DNA of 64,000 nucleotides, taken from assembly GCA_965235115.1 (NCBI GenBank), contig OZ249436.1, positions 37,512,001-37,576,000 on the forward strand, read 5' to 3'. This DNA comes from Laetmonice hystrix. Its lineage: Eukaryota. Shown in pieces: positions 42,901 to 55,205 of this stretch; position 1 is the stretch's first letter, and each line of letters starts with the position of its first letter. Both the position numbers and the translations under genes were made by a program. The notes under the pieces were generated by a model that was not told the DNA's origin, did not search any database, and worked only from the letters and a program-made list of their open reading frames with translations.

Positions 42901-45900
42901 GGGATGCAGAATGTGGAGCTGGAGGAAGTGAAAGCAGCCCACAATCGTCGCCTTGAGAGACTGAAGGCTCTACAGGGCAACTACAGATTGTGTCGGAAAC
43001 AGCTCAAAACCCTGGAGGAGGAGGTTAATGGGTACGTGGTCATGAGGAGATTGTTCTTCTCAACTTTCTCTTTGTCTTATAACTAGTTGTTTTCCATATT
43101 TCCTTGCTTGAGCACCCCAACTCATAGATTGTTACCAGTAACTTTCTAGTTGTCCGTTCCGTAGACAGTATCTAGGATATATTGTGTCCATCTGAGTTCC
43201 TAGTTGTTACACCCATTCATATTCCACATTTAGGCCTGCCAAGAAGAAAAAGAAGTTGAAAAGGTCACATCCCAAATCACTGCAGAAGGAGGACAGTGAT
43301 GCAGTTTGGAATGAGCTGACCTACTTCAAAACAGAACATAAAAAACTCTTGGTGGAAAAGTAAGTTGTTGATTTTGACAAGTGACAAATGTAGACAGTAA
43401 AGAGTGAATAAAACACAATTGAATAGGGGACTGTTAATTTCAAGTCAGCGTACTTCAGTATCTCGGTGAGAGATCTTAGGTTTTTTGATATGTTGCTACA
43501 TTTTCTACATTTTGAAGTGTCGTAAAGGTCATTATAAGTGATATTGTCATTTGAAATGCCGTCCTCATAGAGCAGAGTGTCACCATTATGTATATGATCC
43601 CATTTTGTTCCTCAGCATGAACCTACAGGAGGAGGTGGACACACTAAAGGTACAGGCTGCCCAGGACGCGGCCACTGTCCATGAACTACGCACCTGTTTG
43701 GAGCAGGAGAAGGAAGGTGAGATCTCCAAATTATGGTAACTTACCCAAAAAAACAGGAAATTTACAACTAAAGGAAGGAGCGATGTATATATGTGTGAGA
43801 CCGAGACTCTGCCTTGTTTTGACCAGTTATACAATGCTATGGGATTATTTAATACCCTATATTGAATTGATGTATGTTGTGGTTCTGAAGTTGTAAAGCT
43901 CAAAAGTGGTACAACTAATTTTTTAAAGCGCAGGCATTTTGATGTTGCAGAGCTAGCTTTCCTGCTGGAGCAGCAGCGCTGTGCCTCTCCTGAGCCTGAT
44001 TCCCAACAGGAGCTGGAGGCTGCTGTGGCTGAGGCTGACGTTGCCCGTACTGAGGCTGACAATGCCCGACATGAGTCGGCCTCAGACCGGAGACTGCTGG
44101 ATGAGGTCAAGGCTAGGCTGCAGCAGGTGGAAAAAGACAAAAACATAGCGCTCAGAGAAAGGGATGCCTTGGTAGATGATAAGAGGTGAAGTTTATTCTT
44201 GGACAGATTGGGTCGAGGTATAAATCTAATGGTACTCAGATATATGTCAGTCATGAGGTAAAAATGAAATCAAAGAATCATGTTTTTTTTCAGCAAGTGC
44301 TGCATGATGTAAACTGATGCATCTGGAGATTTTGAAAAAGTGAAATTTATCTTTAATACTCCTGGTAGCAATATTGGTGAATCAAAATAATTTAATATTT
44401 AAAAAAATTGTAAATTCTTACAAATGAATAACCAGTACTGTGCCTGCTGTAGGACTTTGAAAAATGATGTGAATGGTCTAAAACAAGAAGTTGCTGACAG
44501 GCGGATAGAAATAGCAGATCTGAAACGTGATCTCCTACGGTAAGAAATGATGATCATTGTGATTCTATGTTGTGATTCTATGTTACACTGTAATGTTACC
44601 GCTGGTTTGAGAAAATCCTTAGAAAAAAATATCTGGAAATGTAACACTACTGGGTTATCATGACAGTTGTTTGAGCAGTTAAGTAGTTTCTTCAAATTAA
44701 TTTCATCAAAATGACTATTGTAGGAGTCATGATTGTAACAAGTACTGGTACTCATATTGTAGACTGCAGCGGGAGATGAAAAAACAAAAAAGGAAAGAAA
44801 AAGCACGGCCAACCTTGGCAAAGCAGGTTTGTTAGTTCATATAATCATAACAGCATTCTTCTATAACATATCAACTAAAACAGACCAACATGGTGGGGGG
44901 GGGGGGGGGGCTTCTTATTTCATTGTACAGTTGTGTACATTTGTTTTGTACTTTCAAAATAATTAGGTCATATTAGAGTCACACGTTCTATGGGCTCGCC
45001 TGCACTTCTGAAGTAAAGATATGCTTAGTTTAATAAATGATCTTAGGTGATAAGTAACTACTTTTATTTGAAATAATCTTTCAGTATCAGCGAGTGCTGA
45101 ACCGTTCCATCCAGACCATGTCGCATGTGTTTGATGACTTTGACAGAGATGGATGGGAGGAGGTGACAGAAACCAGGTAAGGACCGATGTCCAATATAAA
45201 GATTTCTGACTTCCACGTGGGTGGAGCAGGAAGTTGATTAGAAGTAGATGTCACCATGTCCTTAAAAGATTCCTGAAGAGAATCGGAGAAAAAAGTGCTG
45301 ATCATGTATTCATTGAAAATGTAATGTACAAATAGACACCGATACATACCCGTACTTTATATCTTATACCCGTACTTTATATCTTATACCCGTACTTTAT
45401 ATCTTATACCCGTACTTTATATCTTATACCCATACTTTATATCTTATACCCTTACTTTATATCTTATACCCGTACTTTATATCTCATACCCGTACTTTAT
45501 ATCTTATACCCGTACTTTATATCTTAAGTATTCATTGTGGTACCATTTAATTTGGTGAGCTGCAGCTTAGAGTAAAATAATTTAGAAGTTGTAACTAATG
45601 GATCTATTCTTTGAATCAGTATTTAAGTTCGCGTATACCTTGTCTCATTGATGATACTTTCTGCCAGTGGTACCCAGGACACGAGTAACCTAACAGTGAC
45701 GACGACCACCACCACAGATAGTCTGGGGGAGGCGATAGCTCAAACTGCCAGGGTCAACAGTCCACAGAGAAGGACCCATGCAAGTCAAGTCCTCAATTTT
45801 GTCCAACCTGATATGAAGTCCGTCCGAAATTTAAAAAGTGTCCCTGTAGATTTTTAAATTTCTTTTTCTTTTGTTACACTTTGACTGCACTAGGCATGAT

Positions 45901-48900
45901 GTTCTCTGAAAACCAATTGAATCCAGTTTTAGTCAGCCTTGAATACACTGAACTATATTATTGTCTTTCATTGATTAAACTTGATTTTGTGTGATAAAGC
46001 ATTTATATATTGATCAGGGTGAGTCTGAGGACAGATATGACTCTCCACGCCGTGACCGTCAAAATGAGTCTCCAGGTCGTGGCCGTGACCACGTGTCTCC
46101 GAGCCGTGACCGTCAAAATGAGTCTCCAGGTCATGGCCGTGACCACGTGTCTCCGAGCCGTGACCGTCCCCTCCGGCGGGACGTGGCCCTCTCACCCATC
46201 ACAGTCCAACACTCCAACACCAACTCTCCACACCAACAAGTTGCCAGCAGTCGACATGTGGTCAGCAAGAAAGCTGCTCCCAGTCCTGCTGGACGTCAAC
46301 TGATCACACTCCGTCAACGTATCACCAGCCTGCAGAAAGAGGTCCATCGGTTAATTTCCAAAATAATGATCCCTTTACACATCTATTTTATCCAATGAAT
46401 TATTCAGCCATAAAATTAGTAAGTTTCTGCTATAAATGTAGTGTGAGGCGTAGGTTTACCTACAGTACTGGCTTATGTAAAACGGAATAACAGGGGATAA
46501 CAGAAAAACATTGTTATTAGAATTCACGTACTGAGGTACATATTCTGGACTTATGGTTAGATAGGGTGGGCATAAACAAAACTTGTCTAACTTTAACGTT
46601 AAATATTTCAAAAACCCAACGTTTCTGAGAAGTTACAGGAGTAAACACTTTGATATTCTTATCATCTGTTGAAATTTTCAAGTTGATATCTCATAAAGTC
46701 CTTACATTCATGAGACCAAAATGAAAAGTGTGTCCAATTGACCATCGGTTCAAGTAAAACCAGGTAGCACTTTATTACAACTAATTCTGGAACAGCAACT
46801 TTTGAGGCACAAATTTAATTTTGGTCTCACATGTGTTCTTAATAGGTGTTTACTCTTGTATTGTGATTTTTTTTTAGATTTTAGATATTTAACGTCAGAG
46901 CTCGACAGGTTTTTTAGTGCCCATCCGATATATTATGATTTTTAAAATGGTCCTGCCAGAGGACAGATAACATGAATTGAATATATACGTTGTACTGACT
47001 GTTGGCAACTCTACGTACCAGGTGGCCATTCTGAAGGAAGCCAAGCAGTTTGCTGTGAAGCGAGAGACAGATCAGCGAGAGTCGCTACAGCAGGCTCAGG
47101 CTGACCTCCAACTGGCCAATCAACGGTTAGCCACAAACCGAGCTTCAGTACAGGTAAGAATTACCTGCAGTTTCTACCAATTTATTGCTGTCATCAAACT
47201 TTTATTTTCCTGACATGTTGTGAAACTACCATAACCCACTGAGATACACCATAATTTAAAAGAAATTTAAGAGCTTCCAGAGAGAAAAAGGCATAGAAAA
47301 AACGACTTTGTGTTTCCTATTGGCAGAGACTAACAGGAGAGTTAGAGAGGTTACGGGTTGCCAAGGATGACCTGGAAACGCGAGTGGACGCAGCCACCAT
47401 TGATGGAAGCACAGCTCCAGTGTGTACTGACCAAGAGTGGGTGTCACTACAGGCCAGGCTCAAGGTACGCAGAACTCTACACAGGTCCTAAATAATGTTA
47501 GCAGAATCGTTACAGTATGGGGACCTTGCCACTTAATCTATTTGGGATTTTGGAAAACTAAACGGGTGGAAGGGGGGGGGGAGATGGGCTGAAACTCTGG
47601 GTCAAGCCCTCTTAGATTTTCATGTACAATGTATGAAGTAATCCACTGCATACATCATTTAAGTCATTCTTCCCATGTTTTAGTTTCTGTTCGCTATTTT
47701 TTATTACACCAGTTACAAAATGACAAGCCTAAAGATTTATCTGGCGATATTGGTTTAAATAAAAAGTGTACACAATTTTATGTCATTAACGGATCACACA
47801 CAAAAATCATTTCACAAGGTATCAACGACTGAGCTATCCAAGCAGCTGACCCAAATCAAAGATCTAAAGGCCGAAAATAGCAGTCAGGCAGAAAAGATAG
47901 AAACGTTACAGACCAAGTAAGTTTTAAGGGTTTTTCTGCCTTTTCTCAACAGTGATTTGTGTGTGTAATTGTATGACTACTGGTTATTTCACCTTTTGAA
48001 TTTAAGACTCATGGTTCCCATGGGTCCCCTGGAAAACCGGAAAAAAAATGTAAAACTGGAAAAATCCTGTAAATTTTATATTAGAACCTCTGGGGCCGGA
48101 AAAAGTTTGAGAATTTTTTATAAATATGTGCTCCGGTCTGGAAAAAGTCTGGGAATTTAACGAACGGCTGATTCACAGTCAGGGTACCGTTCTTTAATCA
48201 TCATCGATATCCCTTGTGAAGACAAAAATGGAAGGAGACCTGAACATGGTCCTAGAAAAATGTCATAAAGATCTGGGAAAAGCCTGGGAATTTTGGAAAG
48301 CTGATAGCATGGGAACCATGTAGACTGACATTGCCTAGTTATGTAATACTTACCGCATATACATTGTTTTTGTGTCACCTTGAGAAAAGACTGTCAAAAT
48401 CCTATTACATTCTTCAAATCTAAAGTAGCAATAAAGCAGTGTAAATACACGGTAGTGATATGGTTTGCTTACCTTTGTCTCAAGATTAAACCATGTAGAA
48501 CGAGACCTCTCTCAGAAACGCCTCCTCGTGGATGATCTCCGAATCAAAGTCAAGGTTGCACAAGAGAGCGCCCAAACAGACACTGAAGTCATGGTAATGA
48601 AACAATGGAAAACTTTTATAATGAGGAAAAACTACAGAAAACTAGCCATGCCTGCTGTAGTAAACTTTATTATACATCACCAGTGCAGACTTGTAGAATC
48701 CCCATAACACTGCTGTTGAATTGTGTTTTTTTGAAGGGGTTCCCCAATAAGGAAACGTGTAGGAATAGTCATCTGAGCATTTAGAGGACCAATTGCGTTA
48801 AAATATGTACTTCCTTTTGTGCATTTCGAAGAGAATATTGACGTATCTGATGAAGGCCAACTTCATATGCTGAGTTTCTATTCCTTGCAGGTCGAGGCAG

Positions 48901-51900
48901 AAGACAAGTTAAAACAGCTGGCAGAGACAAATTCAAGGTTCAAAACACAGGTAGGCCTACCTTGGCTGTCATGAAACGTGAAAAAAATGCTGACGGCATG
49001 GTACCAATAACCGTACTTTTGTCACAAAATGATATAAAGGCATTTTAAGTCTGTAATAAATCTCCGTAAAATCCACCACTCAGGAGATTGAACCTGGCTG
49101 GTATAGAGCTGCACTGCATGTTGTTGGTTTATTTTTCATTGAAGCAACACAATTTGGTGAATAAGGTAGTTATTGGTATTTAAATGTTAACAACTGCCTT
49201 GTATCTGGTACATTCAGATGGAGTCCACCAGACAGAGAATTGCTGCAGTTTCAAGGGAAAAGCTCGAGAATGAGGACAAAGTCATTAGATTATCTCAGGA
49301 ACTGGAGAAAAAGGTTGTTTTTTAATTATCAATTTTAGCATCAAATCAGGATATGATAACTTGATTATTTTTTCTCTTTAAAACAAAATTGAGTGGCGGA
49401 CAGAAAGTAAACTACTGGTAGACATGAATTAGTTTAGAGATCTTTGCACTTGTCTTACATCTTTCGAGAAAGGATTTGTTTCATCGCCTTTGAATGATTT
49501 TAACACTTATTCAAAGGTTAAACTTTCCATGTGCAATTGATACGCTGAGAGTATTATATGACAGGAATGAGTAATCTTGCGATACTTCTGCCAAGCGCCT
49601 CACACCCTATCCAAGATCTGGAACTGTTTCCATTATTAAACTTTCTGCTCCAGAGTAAGCAGTTGTCAAATGCCCTGCGTAAGAACCGTGAGTTGGAGGC
49701 CGCCTTGACCCAATTTGAAAGGACAGCACAACAACAACTGTCTCGGCTGGCCTCTCAGAGTGAGACGGCCATGCTCAATGCTCACACCCAACTTCAGACC
49801 AGTACCAACAAGTTAGAGGAATTCAACAAATTTGTCAAGGTGCGGGTTTTCACCTGGGTTTGGTCGATTTTGTTTGATAAAATAAAAGGTTGCGATCCTT
49901 GTTCTTCTGTTATTGAAAAAAAAGTTCCACGACTTAGGAAACAATAATCTTACAAATCCAGGGGGAGGGGTTGTTTCTTGTTCCCTTTGAACATATTGTT
50001 TGCACCGTACAGCCCTCCTTGCCCCTCCCACCCATTGATCCGTTATATTTCTCATGATTGGCAGATTCTTGGCCACGCCCTCATCAACAGTATCCACCAG
50101 GCCCAGGCCCTGTTCCGCCAACAGACCTCCCATCGGAAGCAGCAGGCTGCCGACAGTCCTCGGTCAAAGCCGGACCCTGCCCTGGCCAAGGCCCAAAAAT
50201 TGGCTGCTGGAATCCTCAACCTGAGCCAGTCGGACCTCGAGGACCTCATGAGTGTGACAGGCAGCCCAGAGGTCACCAAGGACGAGGTAAGGGTAACGAC
50301 CACACATTACAGGGTTCCCAGCCACTCTGGAAATCGGGGGAAACCTGGAAAGTGAGGTTCCATTTTTCCAGTCAGAAAAAACAGAATTGGGGGAAAACAT
50401 TAAAAAAAAATCAGGAAATTTGGCAGTGCCCCAGAAGGGAAAAGTTTCCATCAGTTAATTAGCCCCCAAACCCATCGGGTTTTGGGGGCTGATGATTCAC
50501 CCTCTGTCCGTCCGTCCGTCCGTCCGTCCGTCCGTCCGTCCGTCCGTCCGTCCGTCCGTCCGTCCGTCCGTCCGTCCGTCCGTCCGTCCGTCCGTCCGTC
50601 CGTCCGTCCGTCCGTCCGTCCGTCCGTCCGTCCGTCCGTCCGTCCGTCCGTCCGTCCGTCCGTCCGTCCGTCCGTCCGTCCGTCCGTCCGTCCGTCCGTC
50701 CGTCCGTCCGTCCGTCCGTCCGTCCGTCCGTCCGTCCGTCCGTCCGTCCGTCCGTCCGTCCGTCCGTCCGTCCGTCCGTCCGTCCGTCCGTCCGTCCGTC
50801 CGTCCGTCCGTCCGTCCGTCCGTCCGTCCGTCCGTCCGTCCGTCCGTCCGTCCGTCCGTCCGTCCGTCCGTCCGTCCGTCCGTCCGTCCGTCCGTCCGTC
50901 CGTCCGTCCGTCCGTCCGTCCGTCCGTCCGTCCGTCCGTCCGTCCGTCCGTCCGTCCGTCCGTCCGTCCGTCCGTCCGTCCGTCCGTCCGTCCGTCCGTG
51001 AACAGCGATATCTCAGAAACGTGCGGAACAATCATTTTCATATTTGAACACAAGATCAGGTACCATCCTGGCATGATGCACGCCAAAAGATTTTTTGATA
51101 CAATACAAGATGGCCGCCTGGCAGCCATATTGGTGAAATACACATTTACAGCGATATCTCTGTTAAAAGAATACCATTTTCATTCAAACTTGGCACAACG
51201 ATAGGGGTTCATGAGGCAAACATACACGTCATTTTGTTTTCAGTTCGGATCCAATATGGCCGATCGGCAGCCATGTTTGTGTTGTTGGCAATGTCATTAG
51301 ACTTTAGTGGCGTATAACTTGACAATGGGGCGAGGTGTGGGTAAAGTTACTATGGGGAGCGAATAGGAAGTCATATATGAGGAATCTTTTGACACCATTA
51401 TATTTGACCTTGGGTTGACATTTCAAGGTCATTTGAGGTCAGGTGTTTATTAAGGATCACTATGTCAGAAATTGTGTTCTTCAAGTCCTTTAGTGCTACG
51501 ATGCATTATGCAGAGAGAGGCTTATATTACAATTCACCATGATCAAGATTTTGAAGAGTGCGTCCAAGATGGCCGCTCGACAGCCATATTGGCAAAATAG
51601 ACATATACAGGCATATCTCTGTTAAAAGAATACCATTTTCATTCAAACTTGGCACAACGATAGGGGTTCATGGGGCAAACATACACGTCATTTTGTTTTC
51701 AGTTCGGATCCAATATGGCCGATCGGCAGCCATGTTTGTGTTGTTGGCAATGTCATTAGACTTTAGTGGTGTATAACTTGACAATGAGGCGAGGTGTGGG
51801 TAAAGTTACTATGGGGAGCGAATAGGAAGTCATATATGAGGAATCTTTTGACACCATTATATTTGACCTTGGGTTGCCATTGTAAGGTCATTTGAGGTCA

Positions 51901-54147
51901 GGTGTTTATTAATGATCACTATGTCAGAAATGGTGTTCTTTAAGTCCTTTAGTGCTACGATGCATTATGCAAAGGGAGACTTATATTACAATTCACCATG
52001 ATTAAGATTTTGAAGAGTGCGTCCAAGATGACAGCCATATTGGCAAAATAGACATATACAGGCATATCTCTGTTAAAAGAATACCATTTTCATTCAAACT
52101 TGGCACAACGATAGGGGTTCATGGGGCAAACATACACGTCATTTTGTTTTCAGTTTGGATCCAATATGGCCGATCGGCAGCCATGTTTGTGTTGTTGGCA
52201 ATGTCATTAGACTTTAGTGGCGTATAACTTGACAATGGGGCGAGGTGTGGGTAAAGTTACTATGGGGAGCGAATAGGAAGTCATATATGAGGAATCTTTT
52301 GACACCATTATATTTGACCTTGGGTTGACATTTCAAGGTCATTTGAGGTCAGGTGTTATTTATAGATTAGGAAGTCATATAATTATGAAGTTTCATTTGG
52401 CGCCATTTTCCATGACCGTGAGCGACCTTGAAAGGTCAATCAAGGTCATGCATTTTTTCAATAGCCTGGATCTTCAAAACAGTTGAGGATGCAGGTCAAT
52501 GACATTTTTGACATCAGTCAAAATGGCCGTGTGGTGGCCATCTTGGATATAAACACATTTGGAGCAATACCTCAGACAAAACGATCCTGATGTCTTTAAA
52601 ATTTGGTGGAAAGAAGGTGCATATGAGGGGCAATGTGCGTGCCAATACATTGCCAGATCAGAGCAAATATGGCGGCATGGCGGCCATATTAATATCCCCC
52701 CCCCCCAATAACACTGTTTTGGCTCATATCTCGAAAACGGTGCAATATAAGGCAATAGTTACTATTATTGACAGATAGAAAGTCATATATGAAGTTTGAT
52801 TTGGCGCCATTTTCCATGACCTTGAGCGACCTTGAAAGGTCATGCATATTTTAATGGCCTGTACCTGCAAACCAGTTGAAGATAACAGCATCTAATCTTG
52901 CCTGAAACATTACATAATAACCAGGGACAGTCTATAGGGAGGACACAGGTCAAACATATCATTAAAAATGGCTGCTTCGTGGCCATCTTGGATATAAAGA
53001 AATTCGAAGCAATAACTCTGACATTTTCTGGATTTCGTTCTTGCTGACAGAAAGCATGAGGGGTAACAAGCGTGCCAAAAGTACACATAGTTCCTGGACC
53101 CACAGAAAATTTGTTCCTACTCAGTTGGGGGCTGTGACTCCGACGGGGTCTAGTTCAATTGGCGTGTGCATCTTAAGTGTACCGGTATCCTAAGTTGTAT
53201 CCACTAATTTGTAGAGTGGCTTTTTAGTGTTTATACAGTGTGAAGAATACACCTCTCCAGACCATTATAGTTGGCTCTGCTACCTATAAAACACAAAATA
53301 TTTCTCATGGCGTTTTGGAAATTTCTCAGGAAAAACTCAGGAATTTTGATTTTTACAAAACGCTGGGAACCCTGCATTAGAAACGGGGTGTTGTTAGATT
53401 TAACCTGAGCAGTGAACCACCAGTCTTTGTCAGAGTACGGTATGTCTTTGCAGATCTAAGACAAAGATATCTTGACCAGTGAAAAGACGATTACATGTAT
53501 CTGTAGCATTAAAGTTTTCATTTTTAGGAATCACCAAGGCTGGATTCTGACAAGAAAAATAAGAAATGGATCAAAAAGTTGGAAAAAATCCTCAGCACTA
53601 AGGTATGCAATTAACCGTTATTTTGTAAGGCACTCGTTTTTAAGGATTGCCAAATAAATAAAGTGTGTGACACTGTTTCGTGCAGTAAGGAATCTACACC
53701 AACAGATGGCGGTAGTAGTACGGTTGGCCATTGGCCTACTGGCGGCAACTGTAACAAAGACAGGTCTGTCTTGAAAAATATAATAAAAATATCGCATTAA
53801 ACCCCGGAGGCTTCAAACAGATGCATGTATCTCAATGCTACAAGTAATGTAATGATGAATTTTGTTTGTAATTCTCGCCTCGAGAGCTACCTCAGGTAGT
53901 CTGGTGGCAAAAGTTTCCCGTATCTTTCAAACTTTGTGGAGATCTTTAACGATGCCTTTGTATGATAAGACATCCCTTATATCGTGTGATGCTGCTTTTA
54001 AGCTATCTATACCTTTCAGCAGTTCTTGAATATGTGAAAGCTTTTATATTTCTTCCTTAGAAGGAGTTTGGCATGGCCCTGGTCGAACTCTTCATGGACA
54101 AAGTCGAAGAACGCAGTCAGCTAGCGGTAACCCTTAGCGCCATCTAG
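36937..54147 (+). CDS. CNTLN: Centlein, centrosomal coiled-coil protein; 34 coding exons, 3822 nt including stop, ~1273 aa
   Basis: Phase-consistent exons: 36937-36976, 37160-37224, 37419-37507, 37633-37761, 38453-38537, 38736-38781, 38940-39043, 39665-39721, 40554-40639, 40925-41034, 41433-41485, 41599-41682, 41864-41965, 42167-42267, 42440-42644, 42910-43031, 43234-43359, 43616-43716, 43951-44185, 44453-44539, 44763-44826, 45085-45176, 45668-45779 (donor uncertain, GC), 46018-46341, 47022-47153, 47327-47464, 47819-47916, 48485-48593, 48891-48950, 49218-49313, 49654-49839, 50065-50286, 53528-53602, 54061-54147 (TAG). Centlein hallmark peptides: CQADKEFVWSLWKRLQ, KDRKVLDIL, QQAHLIQQL, AHNRRLERLKALQ, EDSDAVWNELTYFK, AAGILNLSQSDLEDL. 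Start may be 16 aa longer if an upstream ATG|GT exon (36420-36422 or 36251-36253) splices to the acceptor at 36892. Confidence 0.93.
39157..39310. mobile_element. Foldback/MITE-like element: perfect 42-bp inverted repeats with a 70-nt spacer
   Basis: AATTGTGTTGGGATTAGCAGAAATTTCTAGGGATCCCGTCCA (39157-39198) and its exact reverse complement (39269-39310). Confidence 0.7.
40752..40802 (-). promoter_or_regulatory. Two tandem CTCF-like motifs in a CNTLN intron
   Basis: AGCGCCCCCTGGTGG (40752-40766; reverse complement CCACCAGGGGGCGCT = CTCF core consensus) and TTGCCCTCTGGTGGCCA (40786-40802), same orientation. Confidence 0.55.
45346..45525. repeat. 20-bp minisatellite x9 in a CNTLN intron
   Basis: Unit ATACCCGTACTTTATATCTT. 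Confidence 0.95.
46050..46168 (+). repeat. Exonic 54-bp tandem duplication in CNTLN (18-aa repeat)
   Basis: Two units (46050-46103, 46104-46157) differing at 1 nt, encoding RDRQNESPG(R/H)GRDHVSPS, plus a partial third unit. Confidence 0.92.
46562..46930. mobile_element. Degenerate Tc1/mariner-type MITE
   Basis: ~45-bp imperfect TIRs TAGGGTGGGCATAAACAAAACTTGTC..ACGTTAAATAT versus ATATTTAACGTC..GACAGGTTTTTTAGTGCCCATCCGATA; TA-flanked. Confidence 0.65.
48010..48320. mobile_element. MITE related to the CAGGGTTCCC family
   Basis: Perfect 13-bp TIRs CATGGTTCCCATG / CATGGGAACCATG; flanks AAGACT and TAGACT (imperfect 6-bp TSD); GGAAAA-rich interior. Confidence 0.75.
50506..50999. repeat. (GTCC)n microsatellite, ~123 perfect units
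   Basis: Uninterrupted tetranucleotide run; source of the SVRP/DGRT ORFs. Confidence 0.98.
51107..52360. repeat. ~459-bp tandem repeat, ~2.7 near-identical copies, inside the HINE
   Basis: Anchor CATTCAAACTTGGCACAACG at 51181, 51640 and 52091 (spacing 459 and 451; the third copy lacks 8 nt). Confidence 0.92.
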
Positions 54148-54284
54148 GAGCAACGTCTTGAACTACAACCGAGGCTGCCGATTTGGCCTGTCCGCGTCTG
54201 TGATACGTTTCTACGTGAATCATGTTGTGTGAGTCCAAATAGTGCATGCATCTCCTATAAATAGCGTCGTCTGACTCATGTGAT

Positions 54285-54290
54285 AATAAA
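54285..54290 (+). terminator. Candidate polyadenylation signal of CNTLN (alternative AATAAA at 54511-54516)
   Basis: AATAAA 138 nt after the stop codon, followed by a T-rich tract. Confidence 0.5.
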
Positions 54291-55001
54291 TTTTTTTATG
54301 AATGAGAAGTTTGTGCACGTATGTAAGGTTTCATAATTAATGTATAGTAGGGTATATGGGTTGTATGTGCCAGTACATGTATACATTGTATATTCATTAT
54401 GTTGACATAAGCCTCATTTCTGAGACATTTCTGAATGACAGTTGCGTGAAATAGCATCAACAAAACGAATTCGTGGTATGTTGAAAACACATGGTGATCT
54501 CTTCGATGTAAATAAATGTTTTAACGGTACCGCTCCATATACATGTATTCTTGGTGAGACACTCATCTTTCATAAGTTTGAATCATATTACATGTATTTA
54601 GTGGAGGTGGAATGAAATGTGTAAATAAAAGCATTTAAAGACATCTGCCGATTTGTTGACTACCTGTATGTAGGGGACTGAGGGTTCGTCGTATATAAAC
54701 TGAAAGGTGTCATGGGTGCCATTTTCATGATGAAATGCCGGTTTTCTGGGCGTGCTAGACCCATCAATTTGTGGAATGTTGTATCGGATGACTATCTGGG
54801 CTCTATCCCAGACAACGTAACGTCCCCGCCCAGTTTCTGTCAAATTTACCCCCATTTCTATGTACCTATCTGATTATCATATTGGGTAGGATATGAGCAG
54901 GTCATAATGGTAAGAATGTAGATGTTACAGTAACTGTTTAATAGCATTTTGTGAGTACATCTCAAAAACAATGTATGCATAGATACACATGCATGCATGG
55001 T

Positions 55002-55205
55002 GAACTCGAAATAGGAGAAAAAGGGAGAGAACTTCCCAAAGCTAGAGATTGCTCCTCCGCCATTTCATGCCATTTAGCACACTTTTCCTCACATTCTGAC
55101 CACTTTTGAGGTCAATCGGCGAACTCGAAATGGAAGAAAAAGGGAGAGAACTTCCCAAAGCGAGAGATTGCTCCTCCGCCATTTGACGCCATTTAGCACA
55201 CTTTT
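55002..55205. repeat. ~84-bp direct repeat, two copies 119 bp apart
   Basis: GAACTCGAAAT..GGGAGAGAACTTCCCAAAGC..CCATTTAGCACACTTTT at 55002 and 55121. Confidence 0.88.

Larger units (their letters stand above)
50459..53155 (+). mobile_element. Non-autonomous Helentron-associated element (HINE/DINE-1-like), ~2.7 kb
   Basis: Begins at TT. 5' inverted repeat AGCCCCCAAACCC-atc-GGGTTTTGGGGGCT (50461-50490); (GTCC)n microsatellite; internal ~459-bp tandem repeats; 3' subterminal repeat TTGGGGGCT (53125-53133); hairpin GACTCC-gac-GGGGTC; ends CTAGTT. No TSD. Confidence 0.8.
50310..53374. mobile_element. hAT-like MITE (~370 bp) with 5-bp TSD, interrupted by the HINE insertion
   Basis: Perfect 13-bp TIRs CAGGGTTCCCAGC (50310) and GCTGGGAACCCTG (ending 53374), flanked by CATTA on both sides; internal GGAAA-rich motifs. 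Confidence 0.8.

Noticed and set aside
43586..44254. 222-aa minus-strand ORF
   Set aside because: Antisense shadow of two CNTLN coiled-coil exons; Ser/Ala-biased with no independent support.
50451..51204. Long ORFs of SVRP/DGRT repeats
   Set aside because: Translation of the (GTCC)n microsatellite inside an intronic transposon.
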